Below are positions 1 through 9,629 of a stretch of DNA of 64,000 nucleotides, in pieces. Position 1 is the stretch's first letter. Each line of letters opens with the position of its first letter. Source of the DNA: an uncultured Gammaproteobacteria bacterium (GTDB taxonomy: Bacteria > Patescibacteriota > Microgenomatia > Levybacterales > GWA1-39-11); assembly GCA_964448725.1 (NCBI GenBank), contig CAYVAJ010000001.1, positions 135,525 to 199,524 of the forward strand. The letters are read 5' to 3'. The notes under the pieces are model-generated. The model was not told the origin of the DNA and made no database searches. It was given only the letters and a program-made list of their open reading frames with translations. Both the position numbers and the translations under genes were made by a program.

Positions 1-1836
1 CTAAAAAGCAAAAGAATATAGGGATTTGGGAGTGGCAATATATATTGTTTTTGATGATTCATCAACGGTAAAATCAACAGCACTACTAAAAATATTCCAT
101 GAAAATTCTTGCTTGACCTCACCATTTTTACTGGTTATCAAAAGTCTTTGATTTGTTTTGTCTAATATATACACATAAGTATAGTCTTGAGCACTAAAAA
201 CTTGTGAGTTTTTACTCACAGATCCTTGTATTCCGGTGACGGTATATCCATCCTCTACTCCACGAGTAAATTTTTGTACTTTTCCCGAATCAAGGACAAC
301 ATAAATAGACCCATCAATACCCAGTGAGACTGGTGTGGTTTCAAGGGGATTTTCTAAATAGTTAGATGCACGATAGCTGCTTGGAGAGTATTTCTCAACC
401 ATTTTATCAGCACTATTAAGGATATATAAATTGCTCCCGAAAATATCAATTGATTTTCGTGCAGAATCAAGTTCAAACAACTCATCTTCAGACCCATTTC
501 CAAGATCTACTTCTTGGACACCAGTATCGGTAAGTAAATAGGCAAAGTCACGATTTGAAGTACTATCAATAATTGTTTTAGTTTCCAGATCGAATGAATC
601 CTTGATTTCTCCATCGTTTGTAAGAGTAACCAACGTATTTGCTTTATCTGTTACTATTAATGTTCCTCCTTTTACAGTAACAGTCTGGAGAGCATCTATT
701 TCTAAATCTTGTGCTGTTGCAACTTCCTCTCCGTTTTCAACCCGTACACCAGATGAAAATTGAGATAATTTAGTATCTACTTTTGCGAGTAAGGAAGTTA
801 CTGCTTTAATATTTTTATCATTGGGATATTGCTGGGCAGTTTTTGTGAGTAACTCTTTTGCTTTAGTAAATTTCTCGAGTGCTAATGGCCTGTTGATCGA
901 TTCAAGTGCAATTCCTTCTTCGTATTCAGCAGTTGCAGTGGATACTGTTTGCTCAATTGCTGCACTATTATCAGCAGATTGTTCTTGGTGAGAGCGGATA
1001 ATTATGCTACCCACTAATATGATGAGCAGGACGAGAATAAGCAAGCCAAGAAATAGTTTTTTACGAGATTGAAGAACTGAGATACCATTTTTTAGAGATG
1101 AAAGAGAGACTGCAGGGAGTGGTAATTTTTTTTGTTTTGGACTATCAGTGAGCAATTCTGTAACAGACTCATCAGAATAATCATTAGTTGTCTGCTCTTC
1201 TTCAATCGGTTCATCCTCTATAGAAGGAGTATCTGTAATAACTGTGGCTTCTGGATTAATGTATTGTAAAAGAATTGCTGCTTCTCCGCCAGTAGAATCT
1301 GCATGTAACAGAGGTGCAATATTTTCTGATAGTTCAGTAATGTTTGCTGTATGGAGGTAGGGATTGAGTACTGACGGGGTGAGTTTGTGTGCAAAATCAT
1401 CAGTCTGTATGATAATAATATCTCCATCTTGCAGTGGGCCGGTTACAGGAAGTACAGAATCTAGTTGTCCTTTTGCAATAATACCGAATTTCTCACCTCG
1501 TTTAATCGATACAGTTCCAGGTCCTGCAGTGATAATATACAGTGTGTCCTGATTATTGGTTACGAGAATCAGGGAGTGTTTTATGTTTGTTTCAACAGAG
1601 GCAATAGTATTTTCTACAGCTTTTTTTATACTTTCAATTGATTTTTCATCGAGAGAAAAATACTCGCGTTGTAATCTCTCAAGCATCTCTTTGCCTATTT
1701 GGGTTATTGGTTTTTCTCCTGTTTCCTCAACTGAGACGCTGAGTGTAACATAGAAATTTAATGTCGAGTATGCTTGTGACCACGATGTCTCTGTCGCGTT
1801 TGCGGCTAATTTTTCAATAAGAAATTGTGGATTCAT
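1..1836 (-). CDS. Membrane-anchored protein: degenerate PP2C-like N-terminal domain, single TM, coiled coil, C-terminal beta-propeller-like domain
   Basis: 611-aa ORF; 'LQDGDIIIIQTDDF' resembles a PP2C-fold motif; TM 'LFLGLLILVLLIILVGSIII'; repeated beta-blade-like units (IDIFGSNLYIL, IDGSIYVVL, YVYILDK). Confidence 0.55.
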   Translation of the reverse strand: MNPQFLIEKLAANATETSWSQAYSTLNFYVTLSVSVEETGEKPITQIGKEMLERLQREYFSLDEKSIESIKKAVENTIASVETNIKHSLILVTNNQDTLYIITAGPGTVSIKRGEKFGIIAKGQLDSVLPVTGPLQDGDIIIIQTDDFAHKLTPSVLNPYLHTANITELSENIAPLLHADSTGGEAAILLQYINPEATVITDTPSIEDEPIEEEQTTNDYSDESVTELLTDSPKQKKLPLPAVSLSSLKNGISVLQSRKKLFLGLLILVLLIILVGSIIIRSHQEQSADNSAAIEQTVSTATAEYEEGIALESINRPLALEKFTKAKELLTKTAQQYPNDKNIKAVTSLLAKVDTKLSQFSSGVRVENGEEVATAQDLEIDALQTVTVKGGTLIVTDKANTLVTLTNDGEIKDSFDLETKTIIDSTSNRDFAYLLTDTGVQEVDLGNGSEDELFELDSARKSIDIFGSNLYILNSADKMVEKYSPSSYRASNYLENPLETTPVSLGIDGSIYVVLDSGKVQKFTRGVEDGYTVTGIQGSVSKNSQVFSAQDYTYVYILDKTNQRLLITSKNGEVKQEFSWNIFSSAVDFTVDESSKTIYIATPKSLYSFAF

Positions 1837-2075
1837 AGTGTGAGGCTCAGTATAGTATACCCAATAACCAGAACTGACGCTACTATATTTCCCATAGCGA
1901 TAAAACGTAAGACAGGAGAAAAGGAAATTTGGTCAACGTATCGAATAAGCGAGTTTATCTGTATATATAACATGAGTGAAAAAATACTATAAAGTACAGA
2001 GAATATAACAAGTACTGCTCGGTAAACGAGATCTTGTCCAGATAATATTGTATTTATGAGATCGATAGTTTCCAT
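1833..2075 (-). CDS. Small 2-TM hypothetical membrane protein
   Basis: 80-aa hydrophobic ORF overlapping both neighbours. Confidence 0.65.
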   Translation of the reverse strand: METIDLINTILSGQDLVYRAVLVIFSVLYSIFSLMLYIQINSLIRYVDQISFSPVLRFIAMGNIVASVLVIGYTILSLTL

Positions 2076-2764
2076 TATTCTGATTTGTCTCTTGCCGCAT
2101 TTGCAAGTTGATTAATAATTTCTGCTACTTGAGATGGGTGTGAAACTTTATCAAATTCAAAGTTTGCCTCTACTGCTTCTGTCTGAATATTTACAGTTCC
2201 ATATCGAAAAACGGATTGAAGAATTCCTTTTTGCGTGTATGCCACATCTTCAACTGCTGCAATCTCAGTTTCAGCCACATTTTTTGACAAAATATTGTGC
2301 ATATCAATATCAACGAGTCGCTTATTGGTAATAAGTCCTACATGAAAATACCACTCAGCGAACTTAAGCAAACTATAGCCAAAAAGACTGAGATAATAGA
2401 GTAATAAAAAGCTTGTGGTGGTGAAAGGTGAGACCTGAATAAAAGAGAACGGTTGGGAAAAGATAGGAATGAGCAGAGGTACAAATAATAAGAAAATAAC
2501 CAGTAAAATCCAAGGAAGGTTTGTTATATGATGACGTCGTACGAGTATATGAATGGTCTCGTCTGGATCCTGACTGACAATAGTGACATTTTGAGGGTCA
2601 ATACAGAGTGATGAAAGGAAATTCAGCGAGTGACGTCTAATTTCTGGGTAGTGTGTATGAGGATGGTCATCAGATTTGCTTGAGGCAGAGTCTGAACGAG
2701 ATTCAGACGATGGAATAGCTGTCTTCTGTTGTAAAATAAACTCTCCTGATAAATTTTTGCTCAT
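2075..2764 (-). CDS. Bacterial PH-domain (bPH_2-like) membrane protein
   Basis: 2 TM then 'ITNKRLVDID...VEDVAYTQKGILQSVFRYGTVNIQT'. Confidence 0.75.
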   Translation of the reverse strand: MSKNLSGEFILQQKTAIPSSESRSDSASSKSDDHPHTHYPEIRRHSLNFLSSLCIDPQNVTIVSQDPDETIHILVRRHHITNLPWILLVIFLLFVPLLIPIFSQPFSFIQVSPFTTTSFLLLYYLSLFGYSLLKFAEWYFHVGLITNKRLVDIDMHNILSKNVAETEIAAVEDVAYTQKGILQSVFRYGTVNIQTEAVEANFEFDKVSHPSQVAEIINQLANAARDKSE

Positions 2765-2766
2765 AA

Positions 2767-4479
2767 TTATTTTTTAGCTACATTAAAGAATGGATCTCCA
2801 TAGGTGCCTGGATACTGAGGAATTCTCAGTCTTCCTGGAGCACGAAGATTGAATGCTGTTCTAAAGTCTGCTCCAGAAATACTAACTCCATTTATTGTCA
2901 CACTATTTGTTACACCATTTCCTTGAGATATTGACACGCTTGTTGCCGATGAAATACCTTTGTCTCCTAATAAACTTCTCAGTTCATCCATGCTATACGG
3001 ATTTCCTCCCCAGCAGGACGTTGTAGTAGGGGTAATTCTACTCGTATCAATACCTGGGGTTTTTAATGCTATTGCTGCATTTACTATGTCTGCCATTTCT
3101 TGAGGAGATAACCAAGGATTTGATCTACCGCATGTATCTCCCTTCACACTGTATCCTTCTCTCCACCATATTTTTTCAAGCCAAGGAGAATTTCCAAGTC
3201 TTTCGTATGCTTTCTCAAGGAAACCAGGTCCACCACTCTTATCGGTTGTATCCCATCCTGAAGTTCTACTAAATCCTCCATGTGTTGAAGCGTATTGAGT
3301 AGATACAGGTTTGCCGCTGCCATCTACAAGTACCCATCCTTTAGTTTCATTTACCGCTTGTTCCCAAGCTCCTCCTTTTTTTTCATTTTTAAAAACTTGG
3401 CAACTTTCAGTAGTGCAGATAGAACCTTGGCCATTATCTGTATGTCTGACAGCGTAAGTACGAGCTGCAATTGCTTGTGCTTTCAATGCGTTTACATGCC
3501 AAGAGGAAGGTATCTCATAGATACCTTGGAGATATTGATCTTCAAATGGCATAGAACCATGTCCTTCAACGGTAATATTTTCCATGACACTATAGTCTTT
3601 TTTAAGAGTGGCGTTTGGGTAGTATGCTTTTAATATTTCTTCAACTGATTGTCCCGCTTCTGCTCTTCCTCTTGCACCATATTGGCTCATACCATTTCTG
3701 TGAGAGTATCCACCAAAAGAAAACACTGCAAAGTAACCGCTTGGCGCTGATTCTTGGAACCCCTTCGCAGAGGATAGATACTCGTCTGCAAGTTCTCCAC
3801 TTCCAAGAGTAAAGGTAAAGCTTCCTGATCTTGAGTTGATAATTTCTTGTTGTTTTGCGCTCAACGCAGCAATCTCACCACTCAATGATTGCTGATAATC
3901 TTTGGCGCCTGCAACGACTTTGTCAATTTCTGCTTTATCTTTTGCAAGCTTTGCTTTTAATACAGAGAGGCGTGACTCTTCGTGTTCGAGATCTCTCTTT
4001 GCTTGTTCAAGATCAGTGATTTTTAGCGCAATTGAAGTAATAAGAGCCTTATCCTGATTCGCATCTTTTTGCTGATAGGCAAGTAAGCGGGTAATTTGTG
4101 AAGCATCTGCACTCGATATAAAAACAAGCAAAGGAGAAAAGAGTGCATTTTTCATATAGAACTCTCGTACTGTTTTATCAAATACTTCCTTTTGACTACC
4201 AAGGTCACTATATCCTTTTGCTATATAATCTTTTTTTGATTCTATATCCTGTTCAATTGTGCGAATTTGAGACTCTATTCCACCGAGTTGATTTTTTATA
4301 CTTGTGGCTTGTGATTCAAGCGGAGTTGTCGCTTTTTTGGATGCTTCCAATGCTGTTTGTAGTTCGCTAATCTTTCTATTCAGTTCATCAAGCTCATCTG
4401 AATATACAGGAGTTGTAGTGAATGAGAAGGAAATTGCAAAAGCAATACAAATGAAAACTATGGCAATGATCTTTTTCAT
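2767..4479 (-). CDS. SpoIID/LytB-domain peptidoglycan hydrolase with N-terminal PcsB-like coiled coil
   Basis: Signal peptide, long coiled coil, 'HRNGMSQYGA', 'YEIPSSWHVNALKAQAIAARTYA', 'ICTTESCQVF'. Confidence 0.85.
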   Translation of the reverse strand: MKKIIAIVFICIAFAISFSFTTTPVYSDELDELNRKISELQTALEASKKATTPLESQATSIKNQLGGIESQIRTIEQDIESKKDYIAKGYSDLGSQKEVFDKTVREFYMKNALFSPLLVFISSADASQITRLLAYQQKDANQDKALITSIALKITDLEQAKRDLEHEESRLSVLKAKLAKDKAEIDKVVAGAKDYQQSLSGEIAALSAKQQEIINSRSGSFTFTLGSGELADEYLSSAKGFQESAPSGYFAVFSFGGYSHRNGMSQYGARGRAEAGQSVEEILKAYYPNATLKKDYSVMENITVEGHGSMPFEDQYLQGIYEIPSSWHVNALKAQAIAARTYAVRHTDNGQGSICTTESCQVFKNEKKGGAWEQAVNETKGWVLVDGSGKPVSTQYASTHGGFSRTSGWDTTDKSGGPGFLEKAYERLGNSPWLEKIWWREGYSVKGDTCGRSNPWLSPQEMADIVNAAIALKTPGIDTSRITPTTTSCWGGNPYSMDELRSLLGDKGISSATSVSISQGNGVTNSVTINGVSISGADFRTAFNLRAPGRLRIPQYPGTYGDPFFNVAKK

Positions 4480-4518
4480 ATGCAGTACCTATTATAACAA
4501 ATTGTTTTGTGCGTATTT

Positions 4519-5898
4519 TTACTCTGGTTTTGGAGAAGTGAGGCAGTTACGTTCTCTTGTTTCATAATTAGCACATATCTCATATTTTGCCGCGTTATCT
4601 AATAGGCTATATTCATATTCCTTACGTGTAAGCGGGTCAGTGGGAAGTGTTTTATCGTTTGGAAGCTCTATCTCTGCAAGTGAATTAGGATATGTGCTAT
4701 TAAATACTCGATGATAGAGAATTGCTCCTTGTATTGTCTCTAAATCTTCTTGCCTCTGAATATCTCTACCTTCAGGAGTTGTAAGGGCATTTTTTGGTGC
4801 GGAAAAAGATTCGTTGTTGTTCTCAAATCTGGAGGAGTTGCTTAAAGATACAAACACTACTGCTCCCATAAGCCCTGCTATTGCAATAACTGCTAAAACA
4901 GGAGTAAATGAAAGTAAAAGGCGCGATTTCTGTGAAGGTGTAAATACAATAGTTTCAGCAGTTCTTTTAAGGTGAGTATACAACACATAATGATAAAGCA
5001 AATAAATTGGTGTGAGTGCGACCATTATTAATAAAACAATGAGAGATACAATCACTTGTATGGAGTTACCGCTTGTTGTTTCAGAAAGAATTCGTATAAC
5101 AATATACATGATGAGGCTAAAGCTTTGAATCACAGCTAGCCTGCCTAGTACACTCCAGAAACGTTTTTTAACATATAATTTACTTTTGAGTAATGCAGAA
5201 GCTCCATTGATATTTTCTTCTGAGAATATATAGATAAAGAAGCCAAACCAGGTAATAAATACAATATACAACAGTGGAAATAATAAGCTGAGAATTAATA
5301 GAGAACTGAAGATAAGCTGAGTCCAGTAGAATTTTCTAACTCGGGAGAATGCCATTTTAAATGACGGTATAATTTTTCTTTTTTGACTGATTCCTCCTAT
5401 GAGATAAATAAACGTGAGCTGTACCCATGTTTGAATATATACAGAATAAACGATATATATGAGAACCAAACTCCCTAGTATGATCAATAATGGGATAGGG
5501 TTTTGGGAAAATGCAACAGCAAGATTTTGAGGAGAAAATACAAAGATTCCTGTTATGTTTAAGCCAAATACAATTGCTCCAAGGACAAGTACAAAAAGAA
5601 TAAGTGCAAATATAAAAACAAATGTTAATAAAAAGAGTGACCCTACAATTCGGATAAAGTTTTGCTGGTAAAGAGAGAGTGTCTCAGTGAATAATTGAGC
5701 AATGTTGGGTAATGGAAAAAGAGTTTGAGATACTCCCTGTGTTGAATTTGTTTGTCTTTTATATTCTGCAAAGGCTGCATTAATATATGATTCCTGATAT
5801 CCATTTTGAAGTAATGTTGTTTTAATTTGGTCTTCTGTATACCCTTGGATCAGTGAAGTATTAATATAATCGAGTATTTCCTGAGGAATTGAATCCAT
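4519..5898 (-). CDS. Polytopic membrane protein with C-terminal pseudopilin-like head
   Basis: About 7 TM; C-terminus 'RDIQRQEDLETIQGAI...YPNSL...LPTDPLT..EYEY...YEICANYE' resembles GspG/pilin globular domains. Confidence 0.55.
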   Translation of the reverse strand: MDSIPQEILDYINTSLIQGYTEDQIKTTLLQNGYQESYINAAFAEYKRQTNSTQGVSQTLFPLPNIAQLFTETLSLYQQNFIRIVGSLFLLTFVFIFALILFVLVLGAIVFGLNITGIFVFSPQNLAVAFSQNPIPLLIILGSLVLIYIVYSVYIQTWVQLTFIYLIGGISQKRKIIPSFKMAFSRVRKFYWTQLIFSSLLILSLLFPLLYIVFITWFGFFIYIFSEENINGASALLKSKLYVKKRFWSVLGRLAVIQSFSLIMYIVIRILSETTSGNSIQVIVSLIVLLIMVALTPIYLLYHYVLYTHLKRTAETIVFTPSQKSRLLLSFTPVLAVIAIAGLMGAVVFVSLSNSSRFENNNESFSAPKNALTTPEGRDIQRQEDLETIQGAILYHRVFNSTYPNSLAEIELPNDKTLPTDPLTRKEYEYSLLDNAAKYEICANYETRERNCLTSPKPE

Positions 5899-6027
5899 AC
5901 TTTATTTAATCAGAAAAGTACAAACCAAGCAATTTTTCTTGTACGCCTCTTACCCGTTTTTCAATAGATCTTTATAGATTATGCTTAGCATTACAGATGT
6001 ATGAGACGAAAGGTGGTGATAGTTCCT

Positions 6028-6108
6028 ATGCCATATATACTGGCATGGTTATTAGGAGTACCGTTAGGAATATTATTATTAATCTGGCTTGCTACTCAAA
6101 TACTGTAA
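6028..6108 (+). CDS. 26-aa small membrane protein (MPYILAWLLGVPLGILLLIWLATQIL), absent from the ORF track
   Basis: ATG 6028, TAA 6106-6108, SD-like GGTGGTGA at 6012-6019 (8-nt spacer); one hydrophobic helix; alternative in-frame ATG at 6001. Confidence 0.7.
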   Translation: MPYILAWLLGVPLGILLLIWLATQIL

Positions 6109-6110
6109 GT

Positions 6111-6404
6111 TTAGTGACGTATAGTTATTCTTTCTCGCAGCTTTGAAGCGGCAAGTCGAAATGGTGTTGCTGGTACAATTGGGATAAGTGCTGCAAGAAA
6201 GGATATAATACGATCTAACGTATCGAGCTGCGGACCAAAAATCATTTTTCCTTTATATGCCTCATACAAGCTTATCGCATCCCCTATTCCATAAGGTCCT
6301 AGTCCAAAAGGGATAGATTCGATGAATGTCCGTAGGGCAATAACTCCATTAGACATTTTGTCGTAAGGGTTATAAGAAACTTTTTCTAAATTTATTGTTT
6401 TCAT
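6111..6404 (-). CDS. Small hypothetical protein with pre-toxin TG (PT-TG)-like motif
   Basis: Likely ATG at 6404 (MKTINLEK); 'IGDAISLYEAYKGKMIFGPQLDTLDRIISFLAALIPIVP' resembles the PT-TG pattern. Confidence 0.5.
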   Translation of the reverse strand: MKTINLEKVSYNPYDKMSNGVIALRTFIESIPFGLGPYGIGDAISLYEAYKGKMIFGPQLDTLDRIISFLAALIPIVPATPFRLAASKLRERITIRH

Positions 6405-6483
6405 CTTAAAATACTTAGGTCGGTTTAGTATAAAAAAAGGATATGACAATTATGTAAGAATGTGTGTAGATTATAAAAATGGG

Positions 6484-6555
6484 TGCGCCTGCTTGGGATC
6501 GAACCAAGGACATCTACTTTATAAGAGTAGTGCTCTACCACTGAGCTACAGGCGC
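6484..6555 (-). tRNA. tRNA-Ile, anticodon UAU
   Basis: Cloverleaf: acceptor GCGCCTG/CAGGCGC, D-arm AGCTCAGTGGTAGAGC, anticodon stem CTACT/AGTAG with loop CTTATAA, T-arm CTTGG-TTCGATC-CCAAG, discriminator A; CCA not encoded. Confidence 0.92.
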
Positions 6556-6621
6556 AGTATTACTTTTTATCTTCAGATAAAGTAGGGTAATTATACACAA
6601 ATTTTGTGTTGGTAAAAAGTT

Positions 6622-9024
6622 TTAAATTTTCCCTTTTTGCCGAGGATCATTTTGATTGCCATCACTATCGCCGAGTACCTCAAATAATCGTGATCTTTTT
6701 GCTATCTCAGCTTCAACTAATTCTACTGGCCGTCCGTATTTTAATCTAGACAGTTCTCTGATAAGCTCAGTGACCCGAGGATTTTCAAGTTTCTTTTCAG
6801 CCTCAATATCACGGGTTAAATCCAGTGAAAATGGAGGGACAGGTTCTTCATTAATTTGAGTTTTGACATATGCATGATAACGCTCTACGTTAATTAAATC
6901 ACCTTCAGTAATATTGGGCTGGAATTCGTGCTGTAAATAATTTGCATCAGTAACACCAACACGAAATGATACAATGGTGCCAACATTTCCAAAAATAGCA
7001 TTTTTAATATCTTCATCCATCTGTCCAATAAATTGATTTGCAACAGTTAAGTTAAGTCGATATTTTCGTGCCTCAGATAAAATAGTGGCAAAATCAGGTG
7101 TTGCAAAGTTTTGAAACTCATCAACATAGAGATAAAAATCTTTTCTCTGATCTTGAGGGATGTCTTGTCTACTCATGGCAGCACTTAATAATTTTGGTAC
7201 TAATAGAAGTCCTAAGAATGCAGAATTTTCCTCACCAATTTTTCCTTTGGCAAGTGAGACAAATAGAATCTTTTTATTATCCATAACATCGCGAAATGAA
7301 AAAGCACTTTCACTTTGTCCGATCATATTTCTCATCATCTTATTGGTTACAAATCGACCGAATTTGGAGACGATATAGTCAAGTACTTCTGATTTATGGA
7401 AATCACTGGTTTGTGCGATCTGATCAGTCCAGTAGCGCCGTACCATCGGATCATTTACTTTTGGCAGAAGTTCTTGTACAAAAGATGGATCAGTGAGGAT
7501 TCGTACAACTTCTATAAATGTATTTCCTTTCTCTGCCATAACAGTCAACATGGCATTACGTACTGCATGCTCAAAGCGAGGACCTATAATACCAGTTTGG
7601 TTCGGATCAAAGAGTTTTCCCATAAGACCAATTACTGAGGCAACAATAAAATGTTTTTGTTCTTCTGTTGCTGCTTCAAGCATGTTGAGCCCCATTGGTC
7701 GGGTAGTATCTGAAGGGTCAAATATAATGACATCTTCTGCTCTCTCAGGTGGAATAAGTGGCAAGATTTGATCAATCGTATCGTGTGGATCAATAAAACA
7801 AACACCTTCTCCATTTCGAATATCCTGTAAAATCATATCCTTTAAAAATTCAGATTTACCAACACCAGTTTTACCAATAATATACATGTGTCTACGTCTG
7901 TCACTGCGCTGGAGATAGATGGGTTTGGAAATTCCGCGGTAAATACTTTTTCCAACAAATAGCCCAGTTGTTGGTACATTTGCTGGAGCTGGAGCAAGAC
8001 GTGATTTCATCCAGTTAATACTCGGAGAGTCAACGCTTTTATTTGGAAAGTGAAAAATCGTTGCAAGCTCTTCTGTGTTGAGTACTGAGCCTGAACCCCA
8101 GAGTGGTAAGTGGCGGTAGATAAAATCAACCATGAAAAAGCCTTTGGTCCAGCGCATTGTGTCTTTAGTAAAAGAATTATAGCCGGAAAATTGGGTAAAG
8201 GCACTGACAATATTTCCAAGATGAGCGTCAGCTGATTCTTCAGTTGATGATACTGTAACAATTCTGATAAATGTCTGAAATGCGGCTTTTGTCATTTTCT
8301 GATCAACTGCTTCAAGTTCTTTTTGATCTACAGAATATTTTGCTGTTTCAGGATCAGCCTCTTGTTTCTTTGTGTTTGAGATATGTGCGCGTCCGCCTGA
8401 TTTCCAGGAAGAATCAGCAGGAGTAATTAGTATCTGAATTGCAGCAGCTTCGCCTTCTTGCATTTTGCCAAGTGTGCTGGCAAAAGTAGAGAGAGGATCA
8501 ACCGGAAGATCTTTATATGTGCGGATTGGCTTATATTCTGCCTCATCAAGCTTGAGAGATGCGTATGCAACTTTTCCTTCTGGATTATCAAAGATATTAT
8601 ATTCTTCTACCTCTTCAATTTGTGCATCTGGATATGAACCATGGATCTGCTTCTCAACCATATCAAGTAATTTTTTGGGAACACTGACATACATACGAAT
8701 GTCTTGGGGTTTTGCGACAATGTCAAATGTGATAGAATCTGGGACTTTGAAAAATTTTAGTCTTCCTTTTGCTGTTTTAAGACTGGCAAAACTGGCAAAC
8801 ATTTGCTCTGCTGCGTCAATTTTTATTTCATTATCTCGGGGTAGGCGGATCTCAAGATGCGCCATATTTAGTGCTTTTTCATGGCGAGTTTTATTCTTTT
8901 TCCAGAGACCATAGAGAAATGCCAAACCAGTAATAAGTGCAATACTTGCAGAAACAATAATAAACGCCAAAATTATTGCGATTAATGTGTCTACTACTGA
9001 TGTGATTAACGTGTCAGGCTGCAT
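6622..9024 (-). CDS. VirD4/TraD-like type IV coupling ATPase
   Basis: N-terminal TM; Walker A 'HMYIIGKTGVGKS', 'FIDPH', Walker B 'LYVDEFQNF', 'LSEARKYRLNLTVANQFIGQ', 'AIFGNVGTIVSFRVG'. Confidence 0.9.
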   Translation of the reverse strand: MQPDTLITSVVDTLIAIILAFIIVSASIALITGLAFLYGLWKKNKTRHEKALNMAHLEIRLPRDNEIKIDAAEQMFASFASLKTAKGRLKFFKVPDSITFDIVAKPQDIRMYVSVPKKLLDMVEKQIHGSYPDAQIEEVEEYNIFDNPEGKVAYASLKLDEAEYKPIRTYKDLPVDPLSTFASTLGKMQEGEAAAIQILITPADSSWKSGGRAHISNTKKQEADPETAKYSVDQKELEAVDQKMTKAAFQTFIRIVTVSSTEESADAHLGNIVSAFTQFSGYNSFTKDTMRWTKGFFMVDFIYRHLPLWGSGSVLNTEELATIFHFPNKSVDSPSINWMKSRLAPAPANVPTTGLFVGKSIYRGISKPIYLQRSDRRRHMYIIGKTGVGKSEFLKDMILQDIRNGEGVCFIDPHDTIDQILPLIPPERAEDVIIFDPSDTTRPMGLNMLEAATEEQKHFIVASVIGLMGKLFDPNQTGIIGPRFEHAVRNAMLTVMAEKGNTFIEVVRILTDPSFVQELLPKVNDPMVRRYWTDQIAQTSDFHKSEVLDYIVSKFGRFVTNKMMRNMIGQSESAFSFRDVMDNKKILFVSLAKGKIGEENSAFLGLLLVPKLLSAAMSRQDIPQDQRKDFYLYVDEFQNFATPDFATILSEARKYRLNLTVANQFIGQMDEDIKNAIFGNVGTIVSFRVGVTDANYLQHEFQPNITEGDLINVERYHAYVKTQINEEPVPPFSLDLTRDIEAEKKLENPRVTELIRELSRLKYGRPVELVEAEIAKRSRLFEVLGDSDGNQNDPRQKGKI

Positions 9025-9427
9025 CTTTATGTTCCTCCTTTACTTTATTTACTGATTTCACATCAGAACGATATGAATCATCTTTGCTGAAAGGATTTCT
9101 TGAAAAGACACTATCAATTATCCCGGCAAATGGTTCAAAGAGAAAATCTATTGGATTATGCTTTGATTTTATCTCTGTAGCTTCTAGTGAATTGGTGTTA
9201 TGCCTGGGAGGATATTCAATAGGTATGTCTCTGTTGAGATTTGGATTTGCGATATTTGCTTCACCTGCAGTTGTTACATTTAAATTATGTTGTTCATATA
9301 GTTTCTGCACATCATTATTTAATTCATCATCTAGATTATGTGGATGAACATATTCTTCTGTCTCTTTTTCTGGTGTATATGGTGTGTTTTCACCTGCAAG
9401 TTGTGGGTGTAATTTTTCTGGTTCCAT
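9014..9427 (-). CDS. Hypothetical hydrophilic protein
   Basis: 137-aa ORF overlapping the VirD4-like start; TGgTATTAT -10 box 6 nt upstream of ATG. Confidence 0.65.
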   Translation of the reverse strand: MEPEKLHPQLAGENTPYTPEKETEEYVHPHNLDDELNNDVQKLYEQHNLNVTTAGEANIANPNLNRDIPIEYPPRHNTNSLEATEIKSKHNPIDFLFEPFAGIIDSVFSRNPFSKDDSYRSDVKSVNKVKEEHKDAA

Positions 9428-9499
9428 ATGTTCATAATACCATAAATAGGTACTCGAATAGCTATATTTGCATCACAAAAACGTCACAAGATACACAAA

Positions 9500-9528
9500 T
9501 TGCGCAAGCTTATCCTTTTGGGTATAAT
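9500..9528 (+). promoter_or_regulatory. Sigma70-type promoter of tRNA-Ser(GCU)
   Basis: TTGCGC (9500-9505), 17 bp, TATAAT (9523-9528). Confidence 0.6.
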
Positions 9529-9541
9529 GTGCTGTACCACT

Positions 9542-9629
9542 GGAGGAGTCGCATAGCACGGTCCATTGCGGGGGATTGCTAATCCCCTGAGCCGAAAGGC
9601 TCGCGCAGGTTCGAATCCTGTCTCCTCCG
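9542..9629 (+). tRNA. tRNA-Ser, anticodon GCU
   Basis: Acceptor GGAGGAG/CTCCTCC, anticodon stem GGGGA/TCCCC with loop TTGCTAA, long variable arm GAGCC-GAAA-GGCTC, T-loop TTCGAAT, discriminator G. Confidence 0.92.
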
